A stretch of 64,000 bases of DNA, from assembly GCA_012517065.1 (NCBI GenBank), contig JAAYVR010000228.1:6502-70501 (forward strand). The letters are read 5' to 3'. Shown one piece after another: positions 54,956 to 63,726 of this stretch (its first letter is position 1; each line of letters opens with the position of its first letter). The notes under the pieces are model-generated. The model made no database searches. It had not been told where the DNA came from and saw nothing but the letters and a program-made list of their open reading frames with translations. A program made the translations under genes and the position numbers. Source of the stretch: Verrucomicrobiota bacterium. Its GTDB lineage: Bacteria; Verrucomicrobiota; Verrucomicrobiia; Limisphaerales; J093.

Positions 54956-57319
54956 TCATGGCTGTCCTCCGATTGCTTTCTGGAGTTGTTGGACAAGCTC
55001 TTCTAGGCGAGCCAGCCGTTCCCGGAGCGCCCGGTTCTCCGCCTCCAGTTCCCGATGCAGTTCCTGAACCGCCGCCGCCGTGTAAACGGTCAGTGGATGA
55101 GTGTCCACCTGTAGAATCTCTGAGCCGTCCGGCAGCTTCTCGCCGCTGCGGTGCACATGCTCCGGAAACACTTGGGCAAACTCCTGCGCCACCACGTTCA
55201 GATACCGCCGATCCTTGACCTCCGGATGCGCCGCCCGGTAGGCGTCGGTGTAGCGAAAGCTCACCAGTCGCACCCGGGCCAGGGTCGCCAGCGCGTTGGT
55301 CACCGTGGCAACGTCAGTCTTGATGCGTGCGTCGGAGTTGGCCAGCCACGAGCCAGCGGTGGTCTTGGAGGCGTTGCCCTCCACCTCCAGCGCATTGGCG
55401 GCCGGGGTGCGGCCAATGCCCACCTTGCCGTCGTCCCATCGCAACACGGCTTTGGCTCCCCCGCGGTGCGTGCCCAGGACCCCGCCGGCCCAGCCGTAGA
55501 GCACCGGACCGTCCGGGGCCAGCCCGGCAAACGTCTTGCCCGACCCATACCAGCCCAGGCCTTGGTAAGTGTCGGTGCCGCCCCGCAAGCGCAGGTCTTT
55601 GTCGTTGATCCGCACGTCGCCTTTGACGTCCAGCAGGGCATTGGTCGGCGGGCCGCCGATACCCACCCCGCCAGTGGCGCGGATCAGGAATTGATTCGTT
55701 CCGGTGGTGGCGAAATCCTCGTCGGTCGAGTCAGCCCAGACGAAGCTACCGGTGTGGATGGCCCTAGCCCGGGAGCCCGCCGCAAAGGCGAAATTGGTGG
55801 CGAAGTTGTATCGGCCGCCGGGGATGGTAGCATACTTGGCACCGTCCCCGACGGTGTTGCCCTCGCCCCCGCCGATGGTCGCGGCGCGGGCGCTGGTCTG
55901 AATCGTGTTGTCGCCGCCCCCGCCGATGGTCGCGCACCAGGCGTTGGTCTGAATCGTGTTGCCCTCGCCCCCGCCGATGGTCGCGTACTCGGCGTTGGTC
56001 TGAATCGTGTTGAGGTAGCCCCCACCGATAGTCGCCCCGGCGGCGTTGGACTGAATCGTGTTGTAGTAGCCGCCGCCGATGGTCGCGCGCAGAGCGTAGG
56101 TCTGAATCGTGTTGCCCTCGCCCCCGCCGATGGTCGCGTACTCGGCGTTGGTCTGAATCGTGTTGTCGGAGCCCCCGCCGATGGTCGCGCACCAGGCCTT
56201 GGTCTGAATCGTGTTGCCCTCGCCCCCGCCGATGGTCGCCCACCAGGCGTAGGTCTGAATCGTGTTGCGCTGACCCCCGCCGATGGTCGCGCGCAGAGCG
56301 TTGGTCTGAATCGTGTTGCCCTCGCCCCCGCCGATGGTTGCGTGCCAGGCGTTGGGCTGAATCGTGTTGTCGGAGCCCCCGCCGATGGTCGCGTACCTGG
56401 CGTTGCGCTGAATCGTGTTTCCCTTGCCCCCCGACACCGTGCCGAAGTCGGCTTCTACACGATTGGTGTGGGCGAATTCATCGTAATTGGTTGCCCCGCC
56501 GCCAGCAATGGTCGCGCCCACCACGCCCGCAGCCACATAGTTCCACGGCGAGCCCCCTATCACATTCGGCGCACCGTCAGGGGTAGTGTCTCCGTCGCTG
56601 CTCGAATCACCGGGGTCTTCAAGCCGCAGGGCGCGCAGCCCGTTGACCCTCAACTCCAAGGGCTGGCGGTCCGTTGTGCCCAAGAAATATGTCCCTGGCG
56701 TGGTGCCGGCGTTGCCACTCAGCAGCCAGACCTGGTTGGTCCGCGCCACGTTGGGCCCCAGACGCCCGTCCGGCACCGTTCCACTGGCCAGTTGACCGGC
56801 ATTGAGCGAAGTCAACCCGGCGCCGCTGCCACTGAAACTGTTGGCGGCGTTGTTGAACGTCACTGCGCGAGAGTAGGTGCCAGCCAGGTTGGCCGAGGGA
56901 ATCACTCCGCTCAGTTGGCTGGCGGGCAGGGTGCCGCTCAGGTTGCTGGCAGTAATGGCATAGGGCGTGGGAGTCAGTTTCTGACGCGGACCAAGTGTTG
57001 TGAACGGGCCGATGGATGTGCGCACCTCCAATTGTAGCCAGCGGTCTGTGCCGGGGAAGTTTGTCCCAAAGTCCAGCAGCAGCACAAACAGGCCGTTGCT
57101 GACGGCCACGACTAGCTGCGGAGGCGTGTTGTCGGCCACTTTGGTGCCGCCGCTGGCTGCATCCCAGAGCGTGGGCTGGAACTCGGCATTGCCCGTATAA
57201 GGCTGGCCATTGACTTCCAGCCGCCCTTGGTAGGTGAAGGCCGTGCCTTGCGCCACGGCCGAGACTACGCTGCTGGCCAAAACCAGCAGCAGGGTGTTCA
57301 TGATGGTTTTGGTTTTCAT
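54956..57319 (-). CDS. Secreted tail-fibre-like protein: about eleven 20-aa repeats plus C-terminal Peptidase_S74 intramolecular-chaperone domain
   Basis: Start is at ATG 57317-57319 (MKTKTIMNTLLLVLASSVVSAVAQG). The repeats follow ATIGGGxxNTIQTNAxx. The C-terminal block SDARIKTDV..L..LARVRLVSFRY..RYLNVVAQEF..VFPE.V is followed by a coiled coil, as in endosialidase-chaperone/tail-fibre domains. Confidence 0.8.
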   Translation of the reverse strand: MKTKTIMNTLLLVLASSVVSAVAQGTAFTYQGRLEVNGQPYTGNAEFQPTLWDAASGGTKVADNTPPQLVVAVSNGLFVLLLDFGTNFPGTDRWLQLEVRTSIGPFTTLGPRQKLTPTPYAITASNLSGTLPASQLSGVIPSANLAGTYSRAVTFNNAANSFSGSGAGLTSLNAGQLASGTVPDGRLGPNVARTNQVWLLSGNAGTTPGTYFLGTTDRQPLELRVNGLRALRLEDPGDSSSDGDTTPDGAPNVIGGSPWNYVAAGVVGATIAGGGATNYDEFAHTNRVEADFGTVSGGKGNTIQRNARYATIGGGSDNTIQPNAWHATIGGGEGNTIQTNALRATIGGGQRNTIQTYAWWATIGGGEGNTIQTKAWCATIGGGSDNTIQTNAEYATIGGGEGNTIQTYALRATIGGGYYNTIQSNAAGATIGGGYLNTIQTNAEYATIGGGEGNTIQTNAWCATIGGGGDNTIQTSARAATIGGGEGNTVGDGAKYATIPGGRYNFATNFAFAAGSRARAIHTGSFVWADSTDEDFATTGTNQFLIRATGGVGIGGPPTNALLDVKGDVRINDKDLRLRGGTDTYQGLGWYGSGKTFAGLAPDGPVLYGWAGGVLGTHRGGAKAVLRWDDGKVGIGRTPAANALEVEGNASKTTAGSWLANSDARIKTDVATVTNALATLARVRLVSFRYTDAYRAAHPEVKDRRYLNVVAQEFAQVFPEHVHRSGEKLPDGSEILQVDTHPLTVYTAAAVQELHRELEAENRALRERLARLEELVQQLQKAIGGQP
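55853..56440 (-). repeat. About ten near-identical 60-bp tandem units inside the tail-fibre-like gene
   Basis: The unit GTTGCCCTCGCCCCCGCCGATGGTCGCG...GGCGTTGGTCTGAATCGTGTT repeats head to tail. The differences between units cluster in two short windows per unit. Confidence 0.85.
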
Positions 57320-57401
57320 GGTCTTGACTTTGGTTTGGCATTTCGGGCTCTGGGTTTCAGTCTTGTTTAGGACTTCGAGATTCAGATTTCGGGTTTCCGC
57401 C

Positions 57402-57580
57402 TCACGGTTTGTGAAGGCGGTAGAACTTGTTGCCGGTCGGTGTTGGCTCGATGAACTGCTGATTCGGGCAGTTCGTTTGGTGTGGCAGTGAGACGACCGC
57501 CCAGGGGGCAGCCACGCTGGGCAGCGCGTTGGCCGCCAGAATTGCGGCGCCTGTTCCAAGCCGCCAACCCCAGATGTGCC
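57402..57580 (-). pseudogene. Possible orphan remnant of the C-terminal ...FYRL module
   Basis: The C-terminal part of track ORF 57402..57779 reads WRLGTGAAILAANALPSVAAPWAVVSLPHQTNCPNQQFIEPTPTGNKFYRLHKP, resembling the terminal module of ORF 1..4585. No credible N-terminal body is present. Confidence 0.25.
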
Positions 57581-57949
57581 ACCGTGGCTGCACTGTTGAT
57601 GGAAAGAAACGCGTGAGACATGCAGAAAGGATGACTGGGAGCGGGAGAGATTCAGAGCACACCACAAATCCCGGCGCGATGATCAACACGCGCCACAGGC
57701 AACGAGCGCCGTATCGCTCCATTCGCATGGGCACCTCCGACGCGGTGTTGTCACACTCGGTCTTACAGCAGTCTAGCACCTTGTATCAGAGGCGGCGTCG
57801 GATGTCAATTCATTTCTGGTGTCGCGGTTACATGCCGCGTTCAAGAATCAGCGAACCGGGCAAATCAACGTTGGCGCGCCGGGCTGCAATTCCGGGTCTG
57901 CTCGCTTTGTCCGAACGTGGCTGGCTGGAAAGAGTCGCCTCAGAATAAT

Positions 57950-58448
57950 CAAGAATGAAAACACGCTCTCCCGTTTTCGGTCTTCGTTCCACAGTTCGAG
58001 GAAAAGCGGCGTAAAGCTCAGCGAGAACGCCAGCTTGGCGTTAACGGGCACGAACCGTTGGGGGGTGGCAAGGGCACATCCTGCTCCGCAGGTATGAGCG
58101 AGAACCGATACGGTTGCGGCGACACGGACAATGCCACGGACCGCGTGGGCGGCGTTTCGCCGGGCAGGTAATGGTGGCCATCGCCATGCCACAGCACCGT
58201 GACCTCGGCGCCTCCGATGCCAACGAGGTCAAACGTGTAGGCATACACGCCTTGGCCCAGTGCCAGCTTCTCCATAGCGTAAAAGCTGCCGAGCTTGCGC
58301 GCGACCGTGTCCAGCACGGTTTTCTTGACCAGGCCGCAGGGTTGTTCTCGAACAGGCCAGCAATGGAGAAGCCGATCAAGATGACCTGCGTGTTGCGGCT
58401 GGCCGTTTTGGCGGCGTCGCAAGCCACACGCAAGTGGGCCATGTATTC
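57950..58448 (-). pseudogene. Frameshifted remnant of an unidentified enzyme gene, truncated at its 5' side by the intron fragment
   Basis: Protein-like segments fall in three different minus-strand frames: HEYMAHLRVACDAAKTASRNTQVILIGFSIAGLFENN; VKKTVLDTVARKLGSFYAMEKLALGQGVYAYTFDLVGIGGAEVTVLWHGDGHHYLPGE; FVPVNAKLAFSLSFTPLFLELWNED. No start codon context is present. Confidence 0.4.
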
Positions 58449-58741
58449 GTGAGCCGTACCCCGCCAGAAGCCTGTTCCCCGCTAGGCTTCGATTTCCTAG
58501 TAGAGCACCGGATAGAGCAGGCCATGGTCAGCGAGCATGGCAAAGGCGCAAGAGAGTTCCCTGGAAACATGAGAGACCAGTCGAGGTCCTGAGGCACAAA
58601 CCGGAGTGGTCGCCACCAGCTATCAACCACCAGGCCACCGAGCTGCGACTTCCCGGCGAGGTGGAGCGAACAGGGGAAGCGACTCAGGTATCGGTGATCA
58701 AGCGACAAAGGGATAGTAGCGAGAGGCCCGACTGGAGTCTT
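58449..58741 (+). mobile_element. Truncated group II intron copy (5' part of the ribozyme only)
   Basis: 58523-58741 aligns by eye with 37478-37705 of the full intron (for example GGTCAG.GAGCATGGCAAAGGC.CAAGAG.GTTCCCTGG.AACATGAGAGACC...GGAGTGGTCGCCACC...GGCGAGGTGGAGCGAACAG). Homology stops at GGAGTCTTAG, where module B starts. The candidate 5' end is GTGAG at 58449. Confidence 0.7.
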
Positions 58742-58875
58742 AGCCCGCACATTTCCCAGCCCGGCGTAGCCGAAACCAAGGTTGCCTGACTGGCAGTGAC
58801 ACGGTGCCTGCGCCCCTCGGGGCAGTCTGCCACGCCAGGCTGCGAAATATCTGCTGCGACTCCGTCGCAGGCCGT
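58742..58875 (+). repeat. Module B copy
   Basis: CCCGCACATTTCCCAGCCCGGCGTAGCCGAAACCAAGGTTGCCTGAC...CCACGCCAGGCTGCGAAATATCTGCTGCGACTCCGTCGCAGG has the same architecture as 13477, 49604 and 17500(rc). Confidence 0.8.
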
Positions 58876-58893
58876 AACGAGGCTCGGAGTTTC

Positions 58894-60939
58894 TTACTTC
58901 GCGAGACCAGCGGGGCTAAAGATGAAGTAAAGCAACAGTGTGATGGCCACAACCACAAGGCCGGCGATTTTGGCGCTCCGGGAGCTTTCCAATCCGATTG
59001 TGGTTTTCTGCTGGAACTCTATTGGTTTGGGCAACGGGTTCAGCAGGGTAATGACAACCATCACAAGAAGGCAAAGTGCAAAACAAACAGCCATCCGGTT
59101 CAGGAATTGCAGTTTGGGCATGAAAGCCATCATAAGGCCGTAAGCGATCATATTTGTAACCAGGCCGACCACGCCGCACACGGGTGGTCCACGCCGCACT
59201 ACAAGACCGAAGACAAAGACGGCCAGAATGCCGGGGGAGATAAAGCCCTGTCCGGCCTGGATTATGGTGAATATGCTGTTGCTGATCTTGGGATTTCCGA
59301 GTTGCGGGGCCAGAATCACTGCCGCCACAGCAAACACGATCACCGAGATGCGTCCAACCCGCACGACTGTTCGCTGGTCTGCTTGTGGCGCAAGGTGTTT
59401 CTTGAACACGTCCATTGCGAAGATCGTTGAAGCCGCATTGAGCATTGCTGCAAGCGAACTGACCACCGCGCCGAGCAACGCGGCTGTGACAAACCCCACC
59501 AATCCCACGCCCTGAGGCAGCACGTGGCCCAGTAACTGTCCCAGCGCAGTGTCGTACTTGAATGCTATCAACTTCTCGACGGCGGGCGTTGCTTTGGCAG
59601 CTTTTGCAGCCTGTTCGGTTTTCTCATTGTAAGCTTCGATTTCGCGTGCGAGTTCTTGATTGACGTTTCTCCATGCCTTGTCTTCGGTCTTAAACAGGGT
59701 GAATGGGGCGGGCACGAGACTGTCAAACGCATCTTGCGTCAGCGGTAATACGTAGGGATTGTGCGTTTTCACGGCCGCCAATGCGGTCGAGTTTGAATAA
59801 ACTGCCAACATGTACCGGCCCGGCTGCCACGATTCTATCTGGGCTGCGCTTGGCGATTGCACGACCACGACAGCCTTGGTTTCCGGGTTGGCTTTCACGT
59901 AGCGAGCAAGACTGCGGGCCGTGTCGCTGACGGCTTCGAGCTGCATGTTGTTCGAATACAGGTTGAACGCGATAATGCCAGGAATGACGATTACAAACGG
60001 AATCAGAAGCTTCAGGAACGCGGCGAACACGATTCCGCGTTGTCCCTGTGCCAGAGACGCCGAACCCAACGTCCGCTGAGTGATGTACTGATTCAATCCC
60101 CAGTAGTAGAAGTTTGGTATCCACAGCCCGAGCAGCAGAGCGGTCCACGGCAAGACAGGGTCTGCTCCGGGCAGGAACATGTTCATTCGCGTTCTGTTCA
60201 GGCTCCAGAATTTCTCGATGGCGGTTGCATCCGGCGCCAGTGCTTTGAGTGCAACCGCGCCTGTGTCAGGGCTCAGGATCATCGCTGCTTCGGTTGCTGC
60301 GCCGAGCTTCTTGAACGCAAAGATCATGATCACAGCGCCGCCGAGGATGAGCGCGCTTCCCTGGATGAGGTCCGCCCATGCGCATGCTTTCAAGCCGCCC
60401 GCCGTTACGTAAATCATGGCGATCAGCCCTATTACTGCCGCTCCGGCGGCGAGACTGAGCTGGTGATTCGCCTTGCCTGCGAGCGTGCTGATTGTGAGTG
60501 CTCCCGAATAGGTGACTGATCCCAACAGCAGCAGGTAAATCAGGATCGTTGCCACCGCCATGATTGTTCTTGCGGTGGCGTTGTAACGGTACTCGAGGAA
60601 CTCCGGCATTGTGTAGATGCCCGCCCTCAGGAAATACGGGAGAAACGCGAAGGCAACCACCACAAGCGTGATTGCAGCCATCCACTCGTAGCTTGCTATT
60701 GCCAGGCCGACATGCTGTGCAGCGTTGCCGCTCATTCCTACGAATTGTTCTGTCGATATGTTCGCCGCAATCAGCGAGAAGCCTATCAACCACCAGCGCA
60801 ATCCACGCCCGGCAAGAAAGTAATCCTCACTCCCTTTTTCGTTCTTGCTCTTGATCAAGCCGACGCTCACGACGGCAATGACGAAAGCAACAAACACGAC
60901 GATATCCACTGGAAGTATTTTGAATGTGTCAGTGTTCAT
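58894..60939 (-). CDS. Sodium:solute symporter family transporter (SGLT-like sugar symporter)
   Basis: 681-aa polytopic protein. N-terminal SSS blocks DYFLAGRGLRWWLIGFSLIAANISTEQFVGMSG. It has a long hydrophilic insertion before the last helices. Confidence 0.8.
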   Translation of the reverse strand: MNTDTFKILPVDIVVFVAFVIAVVSVGLIKSKNEKGSEDYFLAGRGLRWWLIGFSLIAANISTEQFVGMSGNAAQHVGLAIASYEWMAAITLVVVAFAFLPYFLRAGIYTMPEFLEYRYNATARTIMAVATILIYLLLLGSVTYSGALTISTLAGKANHQLSLAAGAAVIGLIAMIYVTAGGLKACAWADLIQGSALILGGAVIMIFAFKKLGAATEAAMILSPDTGAVALKALAPDATAIEKFWSLNRTRMNMFLPGADPVLPWTALLLGLWIPNFYYWGLNQYITQRTLGSASLAQGQRGIVFAAFLKLLIPFVIVIPGIIAFNLYSNNMQLEAVSDTARSLARYVKANPETKAVVVVQSPSAAQIESWQPGRYMLAVYSNSTALAAVKTHNPYVLPLTQDAFDSLVPAPFTLFKTEDKAWRNVNQELAREIEAYNEKTEQAAKAAKATPAVEKLIAFKYDTALGQLLGHVLPQGVGLVGFVTAALLGAVVSSLAAMLNAASTIFAMDVFKKHLAPQADQRTVVRVGRISVIVFAVAAVILAPQLGNPKISNSIFTIIQAGQGFISPGILAVFVFGLVVRRGPPVCGVVGLVTNMIAYGLMMAFMPKLQFLNRMAVCFALCLLVMVVITLLNPLPKPIEFQQKTTIGLESSRSAKIAGLVVVAITLLLYFIFSPAGLAK

Positions 60940-60998
60940 AGGTTTTCAGTTCCCGTTATGGCTTGGATGCGAAAAGAAAATTGGATTTAGGCGGTACG

Positions 60999-62171
60999 TC
61001 AGGTTCTCGTGGCAAACTTGAAAACCGTTGTGCTGCGATAAGTCTGGCCGGGGCGCAACAGCACCGGCGGGAAATGCGGCTTGTTGATTGAATCCGGGAA
61101 ATGCTGTGTTTCGAGGCAAAGGCCGGCATGGCGTGGATACCGGATGCCGCCTGTTCCGACGACCGAGCCGTCCATGTGGTTGGCGGTGTAGAGCTGAACG
61201 CCCGGTTCGGTTGTCAGGACCTCCATGACGCGACCGGTGGAAGGGTGATACACACTTGCTGCCAGAGCGAGCGACTGGCCGCCGCTGCGCAGGACGAAGT
61301 TATGATCGTAACCGTATCCGCCGGGTTTCAATCCTGTTTCATTGATTCGCGCGCCTATCTTCACTGGTGAGGTGAAATCGAGTGCCGTTCCCTGTACAGT
61401 GCGAATCTCGCCGGTGGGGATTAATCCGTCGTCAGTTGGCGTGTAGAAATCAGCGGCAATCATTAGTTCATGTCCGAGCACGTCACCTTCACCCGCCAGG
61501 TTGAAGTAACTATGATTTGTGAGGTTGACGGGCGTTGGTTTGTCGGTTGTGGCGGTGTAATCGATTCGCAGTTCGTTTTCGGCGGTGAGCGTATAACGCA
61601 CGATGACTCGCAGGTTGCCGGGATACCCTTCTTCGCCATCGGGGCTTGTGTATTCGAACTCGACGGCAGCTTCAGCTTCCGTGCACGGCAGCGGTCTCGA
61701 GTTCCAGAGTTTCTTGTCGAAACCCTGCAATCCGCCGTGGAGATGGTTTGGGCCGTTGTTTTTTGCGAGGGTGTATTCCCGGCCGTCGATTGTGAAGCGT
61801 GCGCCTCCGATTCTGTTGGCGACACGGCCGGCAATAGCGCCGAAAAACGGGTGTCCTTTCAAATAGCGGTCGAGGTTGTCGAAACCGAGCACAACGTTCC
61901 CCGGCTTGCCGTTCCTGTCCGGCACATGCAGTTCGGTAATGATCAACCCGTACTCTGTCACCTTGACAGTCATCCCGTTCTTGTTGCGCAGTGTGTAGAG
62001 TCGGACGGGTGAACCGTCGGGCATATGGCCGAAATTGGACACATCCAAGGTCATACCTGATAGTTGGGGTGTTGAAGTTCTGTTGGCTGGGCCGGATTGC
62101 GTTTGTGCATTGATTGGGTTGCACACCACGCCGGCTGCCAGAAGAACGGTTTGTAGAAGTTTCTGGTTCAT
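60999..62171 (-). CDS. galM: Aldose 1-epimerase (galactose mutarotase)
   Basis: Blocks: NGPNHLHGG..GFDK..W, LTNHSYFNL, YPRHAGLCLETQHFPDS. The start with signal peptide is at ATG 62169-62171. Confidence 0.85.
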   Translation of the reverse strand: MNQKLLQTVLLAAGVVCNPINAQTQSGPANRTSTPQLSGMTLDVSNFGHMPDGSPVRLYTLRNKNGMTVKVTEYGLIITELHVPDRNGKPGNVVLGFDNLDRYLKGHPFFGAIAGRVANRIGGARFTIDGREYTLAKNNGPNHLHGGLQGFDKKLWNSRPLPCTEAEAAVEFEYTSPDGEEGYPGNLRVIVRYTLTAENELRIDYTATTDKPTPVNLTNHSYFNLAGEGDVLGHELMIAADFYTPTDDGLIPTGEIRTVQGTALDFTSPVKIGARINETGLKPGGYGYDHNFVLRSGGQSLALAASVYHPSTGRVMEVLTTEPGVQLYTANHMDGSVVGTGGIRYPRHAGLCLETQHFPDSINKPHFPPVLLRPGQTYRSTTVFKFATRT

Positions 62172-62351
62172 TCGACGTTGTTTGGTCGCGAACGGGCGGA
62201 GCATGGCATGTTGCGCGAAAGAAAGCAACGCTTTGCGCCCGGCCAGCAACGAACGGCTTTATCTGGTAGGGATCATTCGGTTGCAGCTCTGCCGCGCCGC
62301 ATTGAATATTGTCGGGAGTCACCGGTTCATTGAGTAAAGACCAGATTTTGC

Positions 62352-62933
62352 ATGGACGAACAGCGCGCAATCGAGTTGTGTGTGAAGCATCGGGACCCGG
62401 TGGGTTTCGAGTTCCTTGTACAGAAGTATCGGCGTGAGGCTTATCGGCATGCCTTTGCACTTCTGGGGAACGCCGAGGACGCCCTCGATGCCTGTCAGGA
62501 CGCGTTTGCGAAAGCGTTCGCTGCCATTCCGAGGCTGAGCGACCTGCCGCAGTTTTACCCGTGGTTTTACTGCATTTTGCGCAACCGCTGCTTCAACCTG
62601 ATTGCGCGGCGACAGACATCCGATCGTTACCGCGCCATGGAGCAGCAGAACCCAGCCCGGTCAACCGACACGGCGACGCCAGCGCAGCTTATGGAACAGA
62701 GTGAAGACAGACAGCGGGTGTGGGATGCCATGGCATCGCTCACGCCCGAGCACCGCGAAATCCTCGCCATGAAATACGTCTGCGGACACAGTTACGATGA
62801 AATCGCTCGCACGCTCCGCATCTCGCGCGGGACCGTGATGAGCAGGCTTTACCATGCAAGGATGGCGTTCCGCGAAGCTTTTCTGAAACTCGACGAAGCG
62901 CCAAACGCAAAACCAGAGGAGAAGAGCTTATGA
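62352..62933 (+). CDS. ECF-type sigma-70 family factor
   Basis: Region 2 is FLVQKYRREAYRHAFALLGNAEDALDACQDAFAKAF. Region 4 is HREILAMKYVCGHSYDEIARTLRISRGTVMSRLYHAR. Confidence 0.85.
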   Translation: MDEQRAIELCVKHRDPVGFEFLVQKYRREAYRHAFALLGNAEDALDACQDAFAKAFAAIPRLSDLPQFYPWFYCILRNRCFNLIARRQTSDRYRAMEQQNPARSTDTATPAQLMEQSEDRQRVWDAMASLTPEHREILAMKYVCGHSYDEIARTLRISRGTVMSRLYHARMAFREAFLKLDEAPNAKPEEKSL

Positions 62934-63367
62934 ACAATTGTGAATCCTACAAAGGGCTGCTTGTGGGGTTGCTGGACGGCGAACTAACCCCCGAGGAAAC
63001 AGTCCGCATCAACGAACATCTCGCGCGATGCGCAGCGTGCCGGAGTGAATACGAGCAATTGCGTGAAACGACCGGCAAGCTCGCTTCGATGTCTTTCAAA
63101 GAGCCCGAAGATGCCGTGCTTGATCAGGTCTGGAGAAGCCCTTACAGCCGGTTTGCCAGAAACGCGTCGTTGGTTATGATCATCGCCGGTTACGCCTCGT
63201 TGATTGCATATGGGGTGTATGAGGTTCTCACGAGCGGGAAAGAAGAGCTGCCGGCGAAGATTGCCATGGCAGCGATCGTGCTCGGATTTGTGATATTGCT
63301 TTGCCAATTGATACGCGAACGCATCAAGACTTACAAAACCGACCCGTACAAGGAGATTGAAAGATGA
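62930..63367 (+). CDS. Anti-sigma factor (zf-HC2 type) with TM helices
   Basis: Contains HLARCAACRSEYEQL. Start and stop overlap the neighbouring genes by 4 nt each, indicating translational coupling. Confidence 0.75.
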   Translation: MNNCESYKGLLVGLLDGELTPEETVRINEHLARCAACRSEYEQLRETTGKLASMSFKEPEDAVLDQVWRSPYSRFARNASLVMIIAGYASLIAYGVYEVLTSGKEELPAKIAMAAIVLGFVILLCQLIRERIKTYKTDPYKEIER

Positions 63368-63684
63368 TCGTCACAACCACCGAAACAATAGCCGGTAAAA
63401 AGATCGTCCGGACTTTGGGCATGGCAAAGGGCAACACAATCCGCGCACGCCACGTCGGACGCGATATCATGGCGCTGCTGCGAAACATTGTCGGTGGCGA
63501 GATAACCGACTACACAAAACTGTTGGCAGAATCTCGCGAACAGGCGCTTGACCGGATGAAAGCCGATGCGACGCGGATGGGCGCCAACGCGATCGTTGGG
63601 GTTCGGTTTGCCACCTCGGTGCTGATGGGAGGCGCGGCCGAGCTGCTCGCGTATGGGACGGCAGTTGTGGTTGAGGACATGTAA
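63364..63684 (+). CDS. YbjQ-family (UPF0145) protein
   Basis: MIVTTTETIAGKKIV..LG.A.GN.IRARH.GRDI.A.LRNIVGGEI..YT.LL...R..A..RM...A...GANAIVGVRF. Confidence 0.85.
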   Translation: MIVTTTETIAGKKIVRTLGMAKGNTIRARHVGRDIMALLRNIVGGEITDYTKLLAESREQALDRMKADATRMGANAIVGVRFATSVLMGGAAELLAYGTAVVVEDM

Positions 63685-63726
63685 GGTTGCATTTGTCGAT
63701 GGGGTGCGGTACAGGGGTGTGGCGCG

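Noticed and set aside
54762-54959. 65-aa ORF whose ATG overlaps the tail-fibre gene stop (ATGA)
   Set aside because: It is a low-complexity Lys/Arg/Ser/Thr peptide that runs across the K repeat and the candidate ssrA promoter. It is most likely fortuitous.
55151-57037. 628-aa plus-strand ORF
   Set aside because: It is antisense to the tail-fibre-like gene and is kept open by the GC-rich repeats. Its sequence is repetitive and Arg/Gly/Ala/Val/Pro-rich, with no domain.
54086-57700. Prophage or genomic island integrated at ssrA (tail-fibre-like gene adjacent)
   Set aside because: No integrase and no other phage genes are present. I found no direct repeat of the tmRNA 3' end in the window. The tail-fibre-like gene lies on the 5' side of ssrA, not the 3' integration side.
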